Shown here piece after piece: positions 17,646-26,932 of a stretch of 64,000 bases of DNA. Both the position numbers and the translations under genes were made by a program. Each line of letters opens with the position of its first letter. Position 1 is the stretch's first letter. Source of the stretch: a candidate division WWE3 bacterium (GTDB lineage: Bacteria > Patescibacteriota > WWE3 > JAUXAW01); NCBI GenBank assembly GCA_030619715.1, contig JAUXAW010000001.1:3195-67194 (forward strand), given 5' to 3'. The notes below the pieces were generated by a model. That model saw nothing but the letters and a program-made list of their open reading frames with translations. It had not been told where the DNA came from and searched no databases.

Positions 17646-19421
17646 TTATTTATCCGGCTCAATCCCGTAATAAACCGTCAACTCTTTTGTTATCTCCATC
17701 CACATCGGCACCGCCGTTTCCGCCGCGTAAATGCTAGCAGATGGCTGGCGCAACAAAACTAGCATAACAAAGTTGGGGTGGCTTGGCAAAAAGCCGACGA
17801 AGGTGGCGTTGGTCTTCGTCGGATCGTAGCGGCCCTCGACCGGAATTTGCGCCGTCCCCGTTTTCCCCGCCACCCGATGAGTTTTCAAATTATAAAATTT
17901 TGATTCCCCGCCCTCGACTGCGGCGGTCAACATCTCGACCATAATTTCCGCTGATTTCGCTGATATTACCTGAGCCAACTCTTTTGGCTTTATCCTGATT
18001 ACCCGCCCGCCCTCACGGATTTCGTTAACAACATACGGCTTCATCATCTTGCCGTCGTTGACAATCGTCGAAAAAATAGCCGCCAACTGCAGGGGGGTCA
18101 TCGAAACACCCTGACCGAACGCCGCCGTTGCCAAATCAACCGGTCGCCACTCGGAAAGCTCCTTGACAATTCCCGTGTCTTCATCCTCAAGATCAATTCC
18201 CAAAACCTCACCCAGACCAAACCTCAAAAAATAAGAGCGTAAAGTTTTCGCCCCCAACTGTTGCCCAACCCAGGCGGCACCAATGTTGTTCGAGTGCTGC
18301 AAGACCTCAATCATCGTTTCCTCACCGTGATGCTTTCCGTCCCAGGTATCAATCGTGTAACCGGAAACGGTGATTGGACCTGAATCGATCATCGTCGTCT
18401 GCGGTTCAACCGTTTTCGTGTCAATCCCGGCCGACATCATCAGCGCCTTTAATACCGACCCCGGTTCGTAAGTCTCAGAAATCGCTCCGTTTTTCCATTG
18501 CTCCGCTGATTTCGCTGATTGCTCACCTGATTCCGCTGATTCAATCTGTGCTGCAAGCTCTGTATTAAGGAATGGGTCGGACGGGTCATATGTAGGAAAG
18601 TTGGCAAGCGCCAAAATCGCCCCCGTCTGCGGCTCCACCACCACCACCGACCCGCTCTCTGCCCCGTACTTCCCCACCGCCGCCGAAAGTTTCTGCTCGA
18701 CCATAAATTGCAGTGAGCGATCAATTGTCAAAACCAAATCCCGACCATTTTCGGCCGGGATTTTTTTGTAGCCACCCAGAAGAATCGGCTGACCCGAAGC
18801 GTCTTTTTCTTCAACAATTCTTCCCGGACGACCGCGAAGGTCTCCGTTGTAAAAACCTTCCAAACCGTAATAGCCCTGGTCCTGCCCCTGCTCATCGGAA
18901 CCGACGAAGCCCAAAAGATGAGCCGCCAAACTCTCTTCCGGATAAAACCTCCTCGGCTCCTCCTCAAACCCAATTCCCTCGATTCCTAAACTTTCAATTT
19001 TCTCTTTCGTCTCGGGTAACACTTTGTGAGCCAAGGGAACCCATTGTAGGTCTTGACTTAAGGCCTCTAACAACCGTTGAGTCTCAGATTTCTTCAAGTC
19101 ATAGTCATCCAAAAGTTTTGAGTTTTGAGTTTTGAGTTTTTCTTCGACCAAGATTGCAGCAAGTAACTCTGAAGTCTTTTTGACATCCTTAACATTTGGA
19201 GGCTCACCATATACCAAATATGCTGCCTGATTTTCTACCAACGGAAAGCCGTCGTTGGAAAAAATCCGCCCCCGAGCAGCAGGAATCTCCGCATATCCCC
19301 AATGCTGTTTGGAGGCCAAGGCGGCGAACTTGTTATGCTCTACAATCTGCAGCTGGAAAAGCCGGAAGGTGATCAGGATTAAAAAGGATAAAAAAAGGAT
19401 TAAGAGGATCCTCACTCTCAT
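17646..19421 (-). CDS. ftsI: Penicillin-binding protein (FtsI/PBP2 class B transpeptidase).
   Basis: Transpeptidase motifs GSVLK (SxxK), HSNN (SxN) and KTGTA (KTG). N-terminal TM segment. Confidence 0.9.
   Translation of the reverse strand: MRVRILLILFLSFLILITFRLFQLQIVEHNKFAALASKQHWGYAEIPAARGRIFSNDGFPLVENQAAYLVYGEPPNVKDVKKTSELLAAILVEEKLKTQNSKLLDDYDLKKSETQRLLEALSQDLQWVPLAHKVLPETKEKIESLGIEGIGFEEEPRRFYPEESLAAHLLGFVGSDEQGQDQGYYGLEGFYNGDLRGRPGRIVEEKDASGQPILLGGYKKIPAENGRDLVLTIDRSLQFMVEQKLSAAVGKYGAESGSVVVVEPQTGAILALANFPTYDPSDPFLNTELAAQIESAESGEQSAKSAEQWKNGAISETYEPGSVLKALMMSAGIDTKTVEPQTTMIDSGPITVSGYTIDTWDGKHHGEETMIEVLQHSNNIGAAWVGQQLGAKTLRSYFLRFGLGEVLGIDLEDEDTGIVKELSEWRPVDLATAAFGQGVSMTPLQLAAIFSTIVNDGKMMKPYVVNEIREGGRVIRIKPKELAQVISAKSAEIMVEMLTAAVEGGESKFYNLKTHRVAGKTGTAQIPVEGRYDPTKTNATFVGFLPSHPNFVMLVLLRQPSASIYAAETAVPMWMEITKELTVYYGIEPDK
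19115..19142. repeat. Heptanucleotide tandem repeat (GTTTTGA)x4 inside ftsI, in frame.
   Basis: gttttgagttttgagttttgagttttt. It encodes EEKLKTQNSKLL. Confidence 0.9.
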
Positions 19422-19714
19422 TGAACCTGCGCCAGTTTGGGATAGGAAAGGTATTCAAATGCCTGGGGATTGTATTTGAAGCCCAACTCTACTGCCTGCT
19501 CTTCAATTCGTGAAAACGAACCTAAACGGGCAACATTTTTTTTAAGCACCTGAATTTCGTTTTCCAGCTCACACCTTTGTGCTTCCGACTCTCTAATCTT
19601 TTGACCTTCGGTGGAAAGTTCATTGGCCAAAACCAACTGAGCAGAACCCAGAATCACAATCAAAACGAGAGTAGTTATCAAAATTGATTTTAGACTTAGT
19701 AATTTTCTCATCAA
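19418..19714 (-). CDS. ftsL: Cell division protein FtsL-like (single TM plus coiled coil).
   Basis: 98 aa, N-terminal TM segment, heptad-rich ectodomain. Position between rsmH and ftsI. Confidence 0.7.
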   Translation of the reverse strand: MMRKLLSLKSILITTLVLIVILGSAQLVLANELSTEGQKIRESEAQRCELENEIQVLKKNVARLGSFSRIEEQAVELGFKYNPQAFEYLSYPKLAQVQ

Positions 19715-19718
19715 ACTG

Positions 19719-20594
19719 TCACTTCTTCTCTAACGCTCTCAGTTTTGCCGATCTTGTCCTCGGATTTTTTTCAATTTCCTCGTCTGACGGTACTACTGGC
19801 TTCCTTGTTAATTCTCCTCCCAAATCCTTTTTAATCATATTCTTCATAAAATCCTTGACAATCCTATCCTCCAGCGAGTGAAAACTAATAACGACTAACC
19901 GACCGTCTGCTTCCAGCAGTCCAAACGCTTGGGGCAGTGAGGACTGCAAGTTATTTAGCTCATCGTTAACCGCAATCCTAAGCGCTTGGAACACTTTAGT
20001 CGCCGGGTGTGTTTTCCGGGGCTCTCTGACAACCTGCGTGACTATATCCGCCAACTCCGCCGAGGTCCTAATCGGTTTGTCCCAACGCGAACGGATAATC
20101 GCCCCGGCAACAGCGCGTGCTCGAGACTCCTCTCCGTATTTTTCAAAGAGCTTAACAAGTTCTTTTTCACTCAAACCGTTAACCAAGTCTGCGGCAGTAA
20201 CTTTTAGATCGGGATCGGCGCGCATATCCAACGGTTCATTTTTTTGAAAACTAAACCCCCGTCCCGAATGCTCTAGTTGATAACTTGAAAGCCCAAGGTC
20301 GTACAAAATCCCAGTAACCGGATAGAAATCGTTCTCTTTGGCAATCTTGTCGATATTTTTAAAGTTCTGAGCTCTTAGCACCCAGCCCTTAGCACCTAGC
20401 TTTTCTAGCTTCTCCCGAGCGGCATCTATCGCATCAGGATCGACGTCCAGCCCGAGAAGGTTTCCACCACGCTTAACGATTTCGACCGCATGGCCGCCAC
20501 CGCCGACTGTCGCGTCGATATATTTTTTATTAGAACGTACGTTTAAATACGTTAGTGTCTCTTTTAAAAGTGCTGGTTCATGAAACTCCGCCAT
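19719..20594 (-). CDS. rsmH: 16S rRNA m4C1402 methyltransferase RsmH (MraW).
   Basis: GGGGHA SAM-binding motif. Classic position after mraZ. Confidence 0.9.
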   Translation of the reverse strand: MAEFHEPALLKETLTYLNVRSNKKYIDATVGGGGHAVEIVKRGGNLLGLDVDPDAIDAAREKLEKLGAKGWVLRAQNFKNIDKIAKENDFYPVTGILYDLGLSSYQLEHSGRGFSFQKNEPLDMRADPDLKVTAADLVNGLSEKELVKLFEKYGEESRARAVAGAIIRSRWDKPIRTSAELADIVTQVVREPRKTHPATKVFQALRIAVNDELNNLQSSLPQAFGLLEADGRLVVISFHSLEDRIVKDFMKNMIKKDLGGELTRKPVVPSDEEIEKNPRTRSAKLRALEKK

Positions 20595-21025
20595 CAGACC
20601 TCAAGCTTAGCCAACCTTTTGCCAGTCGCCCCCGAATGCTTGGCAATATAAGTTTTCCGCTTCGCCCATTCTTCGCTAGCCCAAATTTCAACCCACCGGC
20701 CTAGTCCCAAAAAACAAACTTCTTTCTTAATCTTGGCGTACTCTTTAAGGTTCTTGGGCAGAACGAATCGCCCGGCCTCATCCAACTCAACCTCAACTGC
20801 GCCCCCCAGCAAAAATCGGCTTGTGTCCCGCACCTCCTCGGCTACAAAAGGCCCTGCCGCCGCGTCGGCAATTAAAATCTCCCACTGTTTGGGAGAAACA
20901 ACAACTAAACAACCCTCGTAGCCCTGGGTAACGACAACTTTATTACCAATTTCTTCGCGAAATTTTTTTGGTAGCGAAACACGGTTCTTGGCCTCGACTC
21001 TGTATTTGTATTCTCCAATAAGCAT
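20594..21025 (-). CDS. mraZ: Transcriptional regulator MraZ.
   Basis: Duplicated MraZ/SpoVT-AbrB fold. N-terminus MLIGEYKYRVEAKNRVSLPKKFRE. Confidence 0.9.
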   Translation of the reverse strand: MLIGEYKYRVEAKNRVSLPKKFREEIGNKVVVTQGYEGCLVVVSPKQWEILIADAAAGPFVAEEVRDTSRFLLGGAVEVELDEAGRFVLPKNLKEYAKIKKEVCFLGLGRWVEIWASEEWAKRKTYIAKHSGATGKRLAKLEV

Positions 21026-21059
21026 AACATTATCTTACCACCAATTCCCACTAAATACC

Positions 21060-21088
21060 ACTTTACATATATAAAAAGTTCTTGTCAA
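21060..21088 (-). promoter_or_regulatory. Candidate mraZ/dcw promoter (TTGACA-17-TAAAGT on the minus strand).
   Basis: The -35 at 21088-21083 and -10 at 21065-21060, ~35 nt upstream of the mraZ ATG. TGGGA/GTGG repeats lie between the -10 and the start, a possible MraZ box. Confidence 0.4.
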
Positions 21089-21116
21089 GTATCAGTTTCT
21101 CCTTTAGGTACAACTA

Positions 21117-21151
21117 AGAGCCAAGCTCTGACGGAAAAAGAGCTTGGCTCT
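21117..21151. promoter_or_regulatory. Perfect 13 bp inverted repeat AGAGCCAAGCTCT-N9-AGAGCTTGGCTCT between glyQS and the mraZ promoter.
   Basis: Seen directly. No T-run on either strand, so this is a terminator-like or operator hairpin. Confidence 0.5.
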
Positions 21152-21221
21152 GGGCCTGGCTTGACACCAGCTGTTTATTTTGCTACTTTATAGGTTGAAG
21201 GGGAGAAGGCTGCCTAAGGTG

Positions 21222-22589
21222 TCACTCCAGACGCTTACGGAAGAGCTCAACTAATTCAGAGGTTTTGAAGCGCTCCTGTTCTGTTGTGTCTCGGTCGCGG
21301 ACGGTGACAGTGTCATCTTCCAAAGTTTGAAAGTCGATAGTTACACACCACGGCGTTCCGATTTCGTCCTGAGAATAGTAGCGCTTACCGATGTTGCCGC
21401 GGTCATCCCAAGCGACGTGAAACTCCGTCTTCAAATCTTCAAAAACTTCCCGCGCCTTTTTGACCAACTCCGGCTTATTTGCCAAAAGAGGAAATACCGC
21501 TACTTTATACGGTGCCAATCGTGGATCCAGCCTTAAGACAACACGATCTCCATCTTCAGTGTAACTATCAAGCAACGCCACCAACGCCGTCCTGGTCACT
21601 CCGAAAGTTGGCTCAACTACGTGCGGGAAAAATTCCTCACCCGTTTCCTGGTCACGGTAGCGCAAATCAACTCCACTAAACTTGGTATGCTGCCTCAAAT
21701 CATAATCCGTGCGGTAAGCCAAACCGTAAAGCTCCTTAAAACCACCGAAGGGAAAATCATACTCGATATCCTCGGTTCTTTTTGAATAGTGAGAAAGTTC
21801 CTCTTCGGTGTGTCTTCGCCAACGCAATTTATCTTTAGAAATTCCCAACGATGTCAACCAACCTGTCATCTCCTCCTTCCAATATTCAAAATATTTCTCC
21901 CAATTCTTTTCGCGGACAAAATACTCGAGCTCCATCATCTCAAACTCAAAAGTCCTGAAAATAAAATTACCCAAGGTCACCTCGTTACGGAAAGCTTTTC
22001 CAACTTGAGCCAAACCAAAAGGAATCTTGGGCGAAAAAGAATCAACCACATTTTGAAAAGTCAGGAACATATTCTGAGCTGTTTCGCCACGGAGATAAAC
22101 TTTGTCTTTGCCTTCCTCCAAACTACCTAAAGAGGTTTCAAAAAGAAGATTGAATTTACGGACCGAGGTCAAATCAACGCTACCACAGGAAGGGCACTTC
22201 AATTTGTTTTCCAAAACTATTTTGTCAACCTCCCCAAGCGGCTTCCCTTCAACCTTGATATTCAACTCATCTTCAATCAGATGGTCAGCTCGGATTCGCT
22301 TCTTACAGCTTTTGCAGTCAATTAAAGGGTCATTAAAGCTTTCCGTATGCCCCGAAGCCTGCCAAACTTTAGGATTAGAAATAATTCCTCCGTCAGTACC
22401 ATAAATGTCTTCACGCTCGTGAACAAAAGTCTTCCACCACAAATCTTTAATGTTTCTTAAAAGTTCGGCCCCCAAAGGGCCGTAATCATAAGCATTCGCC
22501 AGCCCCCCGTAAATTTCGGAGCTGGGATAAACAAAACCGCGCCTTTTGCAAAGACTGACAATTTTTTCTAGCAAGTTTTGCTCACTCAT
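21222..22589 (-). CDS. glyQS: Glycyl-tRNA synthetase (alpha2 dimeric type).
   Basis: N-terminus [26 protein letters not shown]. Class II aaRS motifs. 455 aa. Confidence 0.9.
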   Translation of the reverse strand: MSEQNLLEKIVSLCKRRGFVYPSSEIYGGLANAYDYGPLGAELLRNIKDLWWKTFVHEREDIYGTDGGIISNPKVWQASGHTESFNDPLIDCKSCKKRIRADHLIEDELNIKVEGKPLGEVDKIVLENKLKCPSCGSVDLTSVRKFNLLFETSLGSLEEGKDKVYLRGETAQNMFLTFQNVVDSFSPKIPFGLAQVGKAFRNEVTLGNFIFRTFEFEMMELEYFVREKNWEKYFEYWKEEMTGWLTSLGISKDKLRWRRHTEEELSHYSKRTEDIEYDFPFGGFKELYGLAYRTDYDLRQHTKFSGVDLRYRDQETGEEFFPHVVEPTFGVTRTALVALLDSYTEDGDRVVLRLDPRLAPYKVAVFPLLANKPELVKKAREVFEDLKTEFHVAWDDRGNIGKRYYSQDEIGTPWCVTIDFQTLEDDTVTVRDRDTTEQERFKTSELVELFRKRLE

Positions 22590-23125
22590 AATTTCTCTTG
22601 AAACTGCGGGGACTTCAATTTCTTCTCAATGATTTCCTCAATATAACCTTTTATATCTCTGCGGTCAACCTTGTCTGACCAGAAACCAAGCAACCTCAAC
22701 AACTCGATCTCGAAATTCCGAGTAGTGGCACTTAGCTCAGAGCGTTTAGCACTTAGCTCGCCAAGAGTTCCGACTAAGAGGTTAAAAACCTGACGGTTGA
22801 CTTGTCTGTCCGGTGTCAGTTGGTCAACCAGTTCAACCAAATAAAACGCTGCCGCGGTTTTCCTAAGGTCTTTTTTAAGTTTTGAAAATGAATTGACCAC
22901 CTGCGCCTCGGTGACAATATCAAGATTTCGTCCCTCGGCCAGAAACAAAACGCAGTGATTAAAGAGCTCAACATTTCCCCCTTTCCTCGAAGTAATCTTC
23001 CGAACCCCCTTAGCAATCGTTTTAATTTTGCCGTAATGCTTCGTATAGATTGTCAGAATCCGGTCCGCCTCACCATAGTTCGTTCGCTTTAAGATTACCC
23101 CTTCAGTTTTATAACTGGACATCAA
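22586..23125 (-). CDS. recO: DNA repair protein RecO (short form).
   Basis: N-terminal OB-fold region [27 protein letters not shown]...AKGVRK. Confidence 0.65.
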   Translation of the reverse strand: MMSSYKTEGVILKRTNYGEADRILTIYTKHYGKIKTIAKGVRKITSRKGGNVELFNHCVLFLAEGRNLDIVTEAQVVNSFSKLKKDLRKTAAAFYLVELVDQLTPDRQVNRQVFNLLVGTLGELSAKRSELSATTRNFEIELLRLLGFWSDKVDRRDIKGYIEEIIEKKLKSPQFQEKL

Positions 23126-24953
23126 TTTCGCGGTCGGACTTCAACTCAAACCCCTCAACCTCTTTACCATTAACCTTAATGCTATACATATGCCCGTCGG
23201 TCCCGGGTTGCTTTTGAACCAGCATTTGCAAGGCCTGGCCTTTCTGGACCTTAAAAGGCAACTCGTAGGTCACCGAAACGGAGTTGGAGTTCTCTGGATA
23301 GCAATAGGTGTAAGTTGTGAAAACCGTCTTGCCTAATTCTTCAGAAGAGGTCACCGCCGTCCAAGAGCTGCTGTCAAGAAGCTTGGAGCCTTGAGGAACA
23401 TAAATCCGCATCCAATCATAATAAGTCCCGTTGAGCCAACCGTCGTGGGGTTCGGGATTGTTTAAATTGATTGTCACCGTTTTTACCACCGTTCCATCTT
23501 TTGCCACCTTGATGTCCTGAGTTACCGTTTCCTGGATATAAAGATTGGCCTTGGCTCCGGCAAAGTTACAATCGTTGATGTGAAGATAATCACCGTCAAA
23601 ATCCCTGCTTCGCCCAGCAAAATTATACTTCTCCGCCAACTTTTGCGCCTCTGGCGCATGAAGATACAAAAGAACATGCTTCTCTCCCACCGCCTGCAGT
23701 GCCGTCTCGAAAAGTGGCTTCCAACGATCGCGGGAAGCGTGGAAGGCCTTGTCCATCATGGCGTCCATTAACTCTCCCAAAAGATCCTTGCGACCGACAA
23801 TATACCGCCCCAAAAGATTGACGTAAAGTTCTAACTGATAAACAATATTCTCCGAAGAGAAGGGCTCCTCATAGCCAGAAAGCTCGACTGGGCCCAAAAC
23901 CCCCAAAATATCTTTGACAAAATAGGTGTCAATACCAATAATTCCGTCAATCCGTGGAAAATTGGAAATTTTTCCTAAAAACCACTCAAACTTTTGACAA
24001 CTCTCATAGAAGTCCGGCGAGAGGTTAGAATCGCGAATAAAAGATTCTTCGACTTTAAGATATTGGGCTAAGACCGGCGTGGGAGGAGTTCTTTCGACAA
24101 TTTTTTCGTCCAACTTATACATATCATCGGAGGTCACCGAGATGATTTTCCCGCCCTCGACCGTTATCAGCGCGTAGGCGGTCAAAAAGCCCCCCGTCGG
24201 CCGCAGCTCTTTGTCATTTTGAAAAAGAACTAAATAGGTCTTTGGAGCCAAGTCACCCAAAACCCCCGGCAGAACGGCCAAAAGCTCTTTGATATCCGGC
24301 ATACTCTCCTCTACCGTATTCATCGTTTGTTTGGCCTCAATCAAAAGCGAACGAATTGGTTGACCTCTGAACGATTGAGGATAACGTTTGGGATCAACCG
24401 TCTCCAGCTCTTGGCGAATCGCCGCAAATTCTGTGGCAACTTCATCCAGTCGAGGGGCAATCTCGGGCATCACTTTGACCAGACCCTCAATCTTCTTTTC
24501 CGCATCAAGAAAGGCCTCGGTCTCCTCGGTCTTAAACCCCAAAACATCAGCGAACGGCTCAATCGCCTCGATCAGAACATTCCCCGCGGCAACACCGTGA
24601 TGAGCAGCTCGCAGAATATGCTCAATATCTTTGTAGTAGTTACCAAAGAAGGGGACGCTTTTCGTCCAAGAGAGGGGTTTAACATCTTCCTGAATATAAC
24701 CGATAGAGTCGTCTAGACCCGCAAGATCCCGCTCAATCTTGGTTAAATCTTGCAACAAAACCCCATCTTTCAAAAGCCGTGCTTGCCACCGAACTTTTTT
24801 AACATCGGCATAAACTTTCATCCCCGGCCGAATAATGAATAGAAAACAGAAAACAATGAACAATAAACAGAAAACAGAAAACAGGGCGACTGATCGTTTG
24901 TGTTTATAAAAGAAATTTGAGATTTGAGATTTGAGATTTGAGATTTTTTTCAC
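23109..24953 (-). CDS. DUF4012 domain membrane-anchored protein (paralog A).
   Basis: Signature LVLFQNDKELRPTGGFLTAYALITV. N-terminal TM segment. GTG start immediately followed by an A7 tract and the heptamer repeat. Confidence 0.8.
   Translation of the reverse strand: MKKISNLKSQISNFFYKHKRSVALFSVFCLLFIVFCFLFIIRPGMKVYADVKKVRWQARLLKDGVLLQDLTKIERDLAGLDDSIGYIQEDVKPLSWTKSVPFFGNYYKDIEHILRAAHHGVAAGNVLIEAIEPFADVLGFKTEETEAFLDAEKKIEGLVKVMPEIAPRLDEVATEFAAIRQELETVDPKRYPQSFRGQPIRSLLIEAKQTMNTVEESMPDIKELLAVLPGVLGDLAPKTYLVLFQNDKELRPTGGFLTAYALITVEGGKIISVTSDDMYKLDEKIVERTPPTPVLAQYLKVEESFIRDSNLSPDFYESCQKFEWFLGKISNFPRIDGIIGIDTYFVKDILGVLGPVELSGYEEPFSSENIVYQLELYVNLLGRYIVGRKDLLGELMDAMMDKAFHASRDRWKPLFETALQAVGEKHVLLYLHAPEAQKLAEKYNFAGRSRDFDGDYLHINDCNFAGAKANLYIQETVTQDIKVAKDGTVVKTVTINLNNPEPHDGWLNGTYYDWMRIYVPQGSKLLDSSSWTAVTSSEELGKTVFTTYTYCYPENSNSVSVTYELPFKVQKGQALQMLVQKQPGTDGHMYSIKVNGKEVEGFELKSDREIDVQL
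24916..24950. repeat. Heptanucleotide tandem repeat (TTTGAGA)x4 followed by a T7/A7 homopolymer at the extreme 5' end of the DUF4012 gene.
   Basis: tttgagatttgagatttgagatttgagattttttt. It encodes MKKISNLKSQISN. Confidence 0.9.
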
Positions 24954-25594
24954 GCTGCTCCTCTCGCCTGCAAAACTGCCAACGGTGTTTTGAGGATAAT
25001 GTAAAAATCGTAGAGGATTGAACGGCGGTCGGCATAGGCCGCATCCATTTTAGCCCTCTCGACAAAACTAACCTCCGAGCGACCTCCAACCTGCCAAGGA
25101 CCAGTAATTCCCGGCTTAACTTTTAAGAGCCGCTCAACATACGGACGGCTCTCGGGAAAAACGCGCTGCTGGTCCCGTAACTCAAAAGGAAAATAGGCAC
25201 GCGGCCCGACCAAACTCATCTCTCCCCTCAAAACGTTGATAAACTGCGGAAACTCATCAACACTCACCCTCCGCATAAAATTCCCTCCTCCAATAATGCG
25301 GGGGTCGTTTTCCAATTTGTAGCTATTTCTCTTGTACTCCTCATAAAGTTCGGAATGTTGTAGCAGATAGGCGTGGGCGTTGGGAATCATTGAGCGAAAT
25401 TTGTACATCCGAAATTTTTTACTATCTTTGCCAAGTCTTTCGGGGATATCCGCAAACACCGGACCCGGAGAAATAAGTTTGATATAAACGGCAGTTAGGA
25501 GCATCAGGGGACTAAAGACTACCAAACCAACGATCGCACCCACGATGTCAATCAGGCGTTTGGTCTTGTCATAAAAGTCTGGTGTGTTCTTCAT
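24950..25594 (-). CDS. Polyprenyl-phosphate sugar-1-phosphate transferase (initiating phosphoglycosyltransferase, PglC/WbaP C-terminal-domain type).
   Basis: KFRSM. DEFPQFINVLRGEMSLVGPRA. PGITGPWQV. The start at 25594 has a GGAGGG RBS; the track start is 25696. Confidence 0.85.
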   Translation of the reverse strand: MKNTPDFYDKTKRLIDIVGAIVGLVVFSPLMLLTAVYIKLISPGPVFADIPERLGKDSKKFRMYKFRSMIPNAHAYLLQHSELYEEYKRNSYKLENDPRIIGGGNFMRRVSVDEFPQFINVLRGEMSLVGPRAYFPFELRDQQRVFPESRPYVERLLKVKPGITGPWQVGGRSEVSFVERAKMDAAYADRRSILYDFYIILKTPLAVLQARGAA

Positions 25595-26705
25595 AAAGGC
25601 CCTCCACAAAACCCTCAAGCTCTCTCTGGAAGCGCTTCTTACTAAATCTTGCCGCCTGCGCGTAGCAGTCTTCACTATGATACTGTGCCGTACCAAAGTG
25701 TTCGAGAGCCTTGGTTAGGGCCTCAACCGTTTGTGGATAGAAAAACTCCCCCGTTTTGCCTCCAATCACCGTTTCCAAAGCCCCACCAGCTTTAAAAGCG
25801 ATGACCGGTTTTCCCACCGCCTGTGCTTCCAGAGGCGTGATTCCGAAGTCCTCTTTCTGCGGAAAAATCAAGGCACGGCAGCCTTTATAGTAACTGACCA
25901 CCTCTTCGTCTGTCAACCGATCAAAGAGCTCGACTGTGGGTCCCGCTAATTTCTTCAGCCGTTCAAAATCTGGACCTTCGCCGATGATTTTGAGAGGAAG
26001 TTTGAGCCGGTTGCCGGCTTCGATCGCAATATCGATTTTTTTCCAGGCAGTCAGGCGAGAAACAATTAAATGGTAATCTGAATTAGCGACCGAGGGGTCC
26101 GCGAGCGGAACGTTAGGGTTCGGAGCCGATCGGAACCGATCCAAATCTACGAACGGGTAAATGATGTGCGAATCCCGACCGTAGTATTTTTTGATTCGCG
26201 CCTGCGGCGTCTTGGAGTTGGCGATAAAGTGGTCAACTCGTTGAGCAGCAGCGTAATCCCAAAGGCGGAAATAGGATAAAAAGGGATTTAAGAGGGATTT
26301 AAAGGGATAGGGAAAATTTTCAAAATAAGTTTGGGGTTCCCAAAACATTCGCGGTGGGGTATTCATATAGCAGATATGAAGCGTCTCCGGCCGTGTAATC
26401 ACCCCGTGGGCAAATCTCGTTGAAGATGACAAAACAACATCGTAACCTGTTAGATCAAAACTCTCAAAAGCAAGTGGATAGAGTGGGAAATAATGGCGGT
26501 AAAGTTTTTCCTTAAACGGCAGCTTCTGCATAAACGAAGTTTTGAGATTTGAGATTTGAGATTTCCACTGGGCGGAGGCCATGGATGTAAAAACGTCAGC
26601 TTTGGGGAACGTCTCGATCATTGCCATAAACAACCTCTCCGCTCCCCCATGTTGAATCAAATCATCATGAACCAAAGCGATTTTTATTTCAGTCATCGTC
26701 CCCAT
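25569..26705 (-). CDS. GT4-family glycosyltransferase.
   Basis: EDFGITPLEAQAVGKPVIA (E-x7-E region). Contains the in-frame heptamer repeat at 26538-26566 (KSQISNLK). Confidence 0.8.
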   Translation of the reverse strand: MGTMTEIKIALVHDDLIQHGGAERLFMAMIETFPKADVFTSMASAQWKSQISNLKTSFMQKLPFKEKLYRHYFPLYPLAFESFDLTGYDVVLSSSTRFAHGVITRPETLHICYMNTPPRMFWEPQTYFENFPYPFKSLLNPFLSYFRLWDYAAAQRVDHFIANSKTPQARIKKYYGRDSHIIYPFVDLDRFRSAPNPNVPLADPSVANSDYHLIVSRLTAWKKIDIAIEAGNRLKLPLKIIGEGPDFERLKKLAGPTVELFDRLTDEEVVSYYKGCRALIFPQKEDFGITPLEAQAVGKPVIAFKAGGALETVIGGKTGEFFYPQTVEALTKALEHFGTAQYHSEDCYAQAARFSKKRFQRELEGFVEGLYEEHTRLL

Positions 26706-26733
26706 TTTATCACACCCTATCTGTTTTCTCCCG

Positions 26734-26814
26734 TGATGTAGTGGCAGGCTTGTCTGTTACCTCCCCTCACTAAAGTGATGTAATTCCCGTACGGCCGTAC
26801 GCAATTAACATCAC
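26734..26814. promoter_or_regulatory. Operator-like element: three GTGATGT(A/T)A boxes (two direct, one inverted) around a perfect 14 bp palindrome CGTACGGCCGTACG.
   Basis: gtgatgtag (26734). gtgatgtaatt-CCCGTACGGCCGTACG-caattaacatcac (26775-26814). Confidence 0.45.
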
Positions 26815-26835
26815 TTCCCACCAACCCCCTCATAT

Positions 26836-26864
26836 TTGACAACCATCTTGTAATATGGTATAAT
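26836..26864 (+). promoter_or_regulatory. Perfect consensus promoter TTGACA-17-TATAAT (copy 2).
   Basis: TTGACA at 26836-26841, 17 nt spacer, TATAAT at 26859-26864, then TAAAGG. Confidence 0.6.
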
Positions 26865-26903
26865 TAAAGGGTGGGATGCAGTAGCGAACTTTAGTTCGCG
26901 CAT

Positions 26904-26932
26904 TTGACAAACAGAGCATTCTATGCTATAAT
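26904..26932 (+). promoter_or_regulatory. Perfect consensus promoter TTGACA-17-TATAAT (copy 3, tandem to copy 2).
   Basis: TTGACA at 26904-26909, 17 nt spacer, TATAAT at 26927-26932, then TAAGAAGG. Confidence 0.6.
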
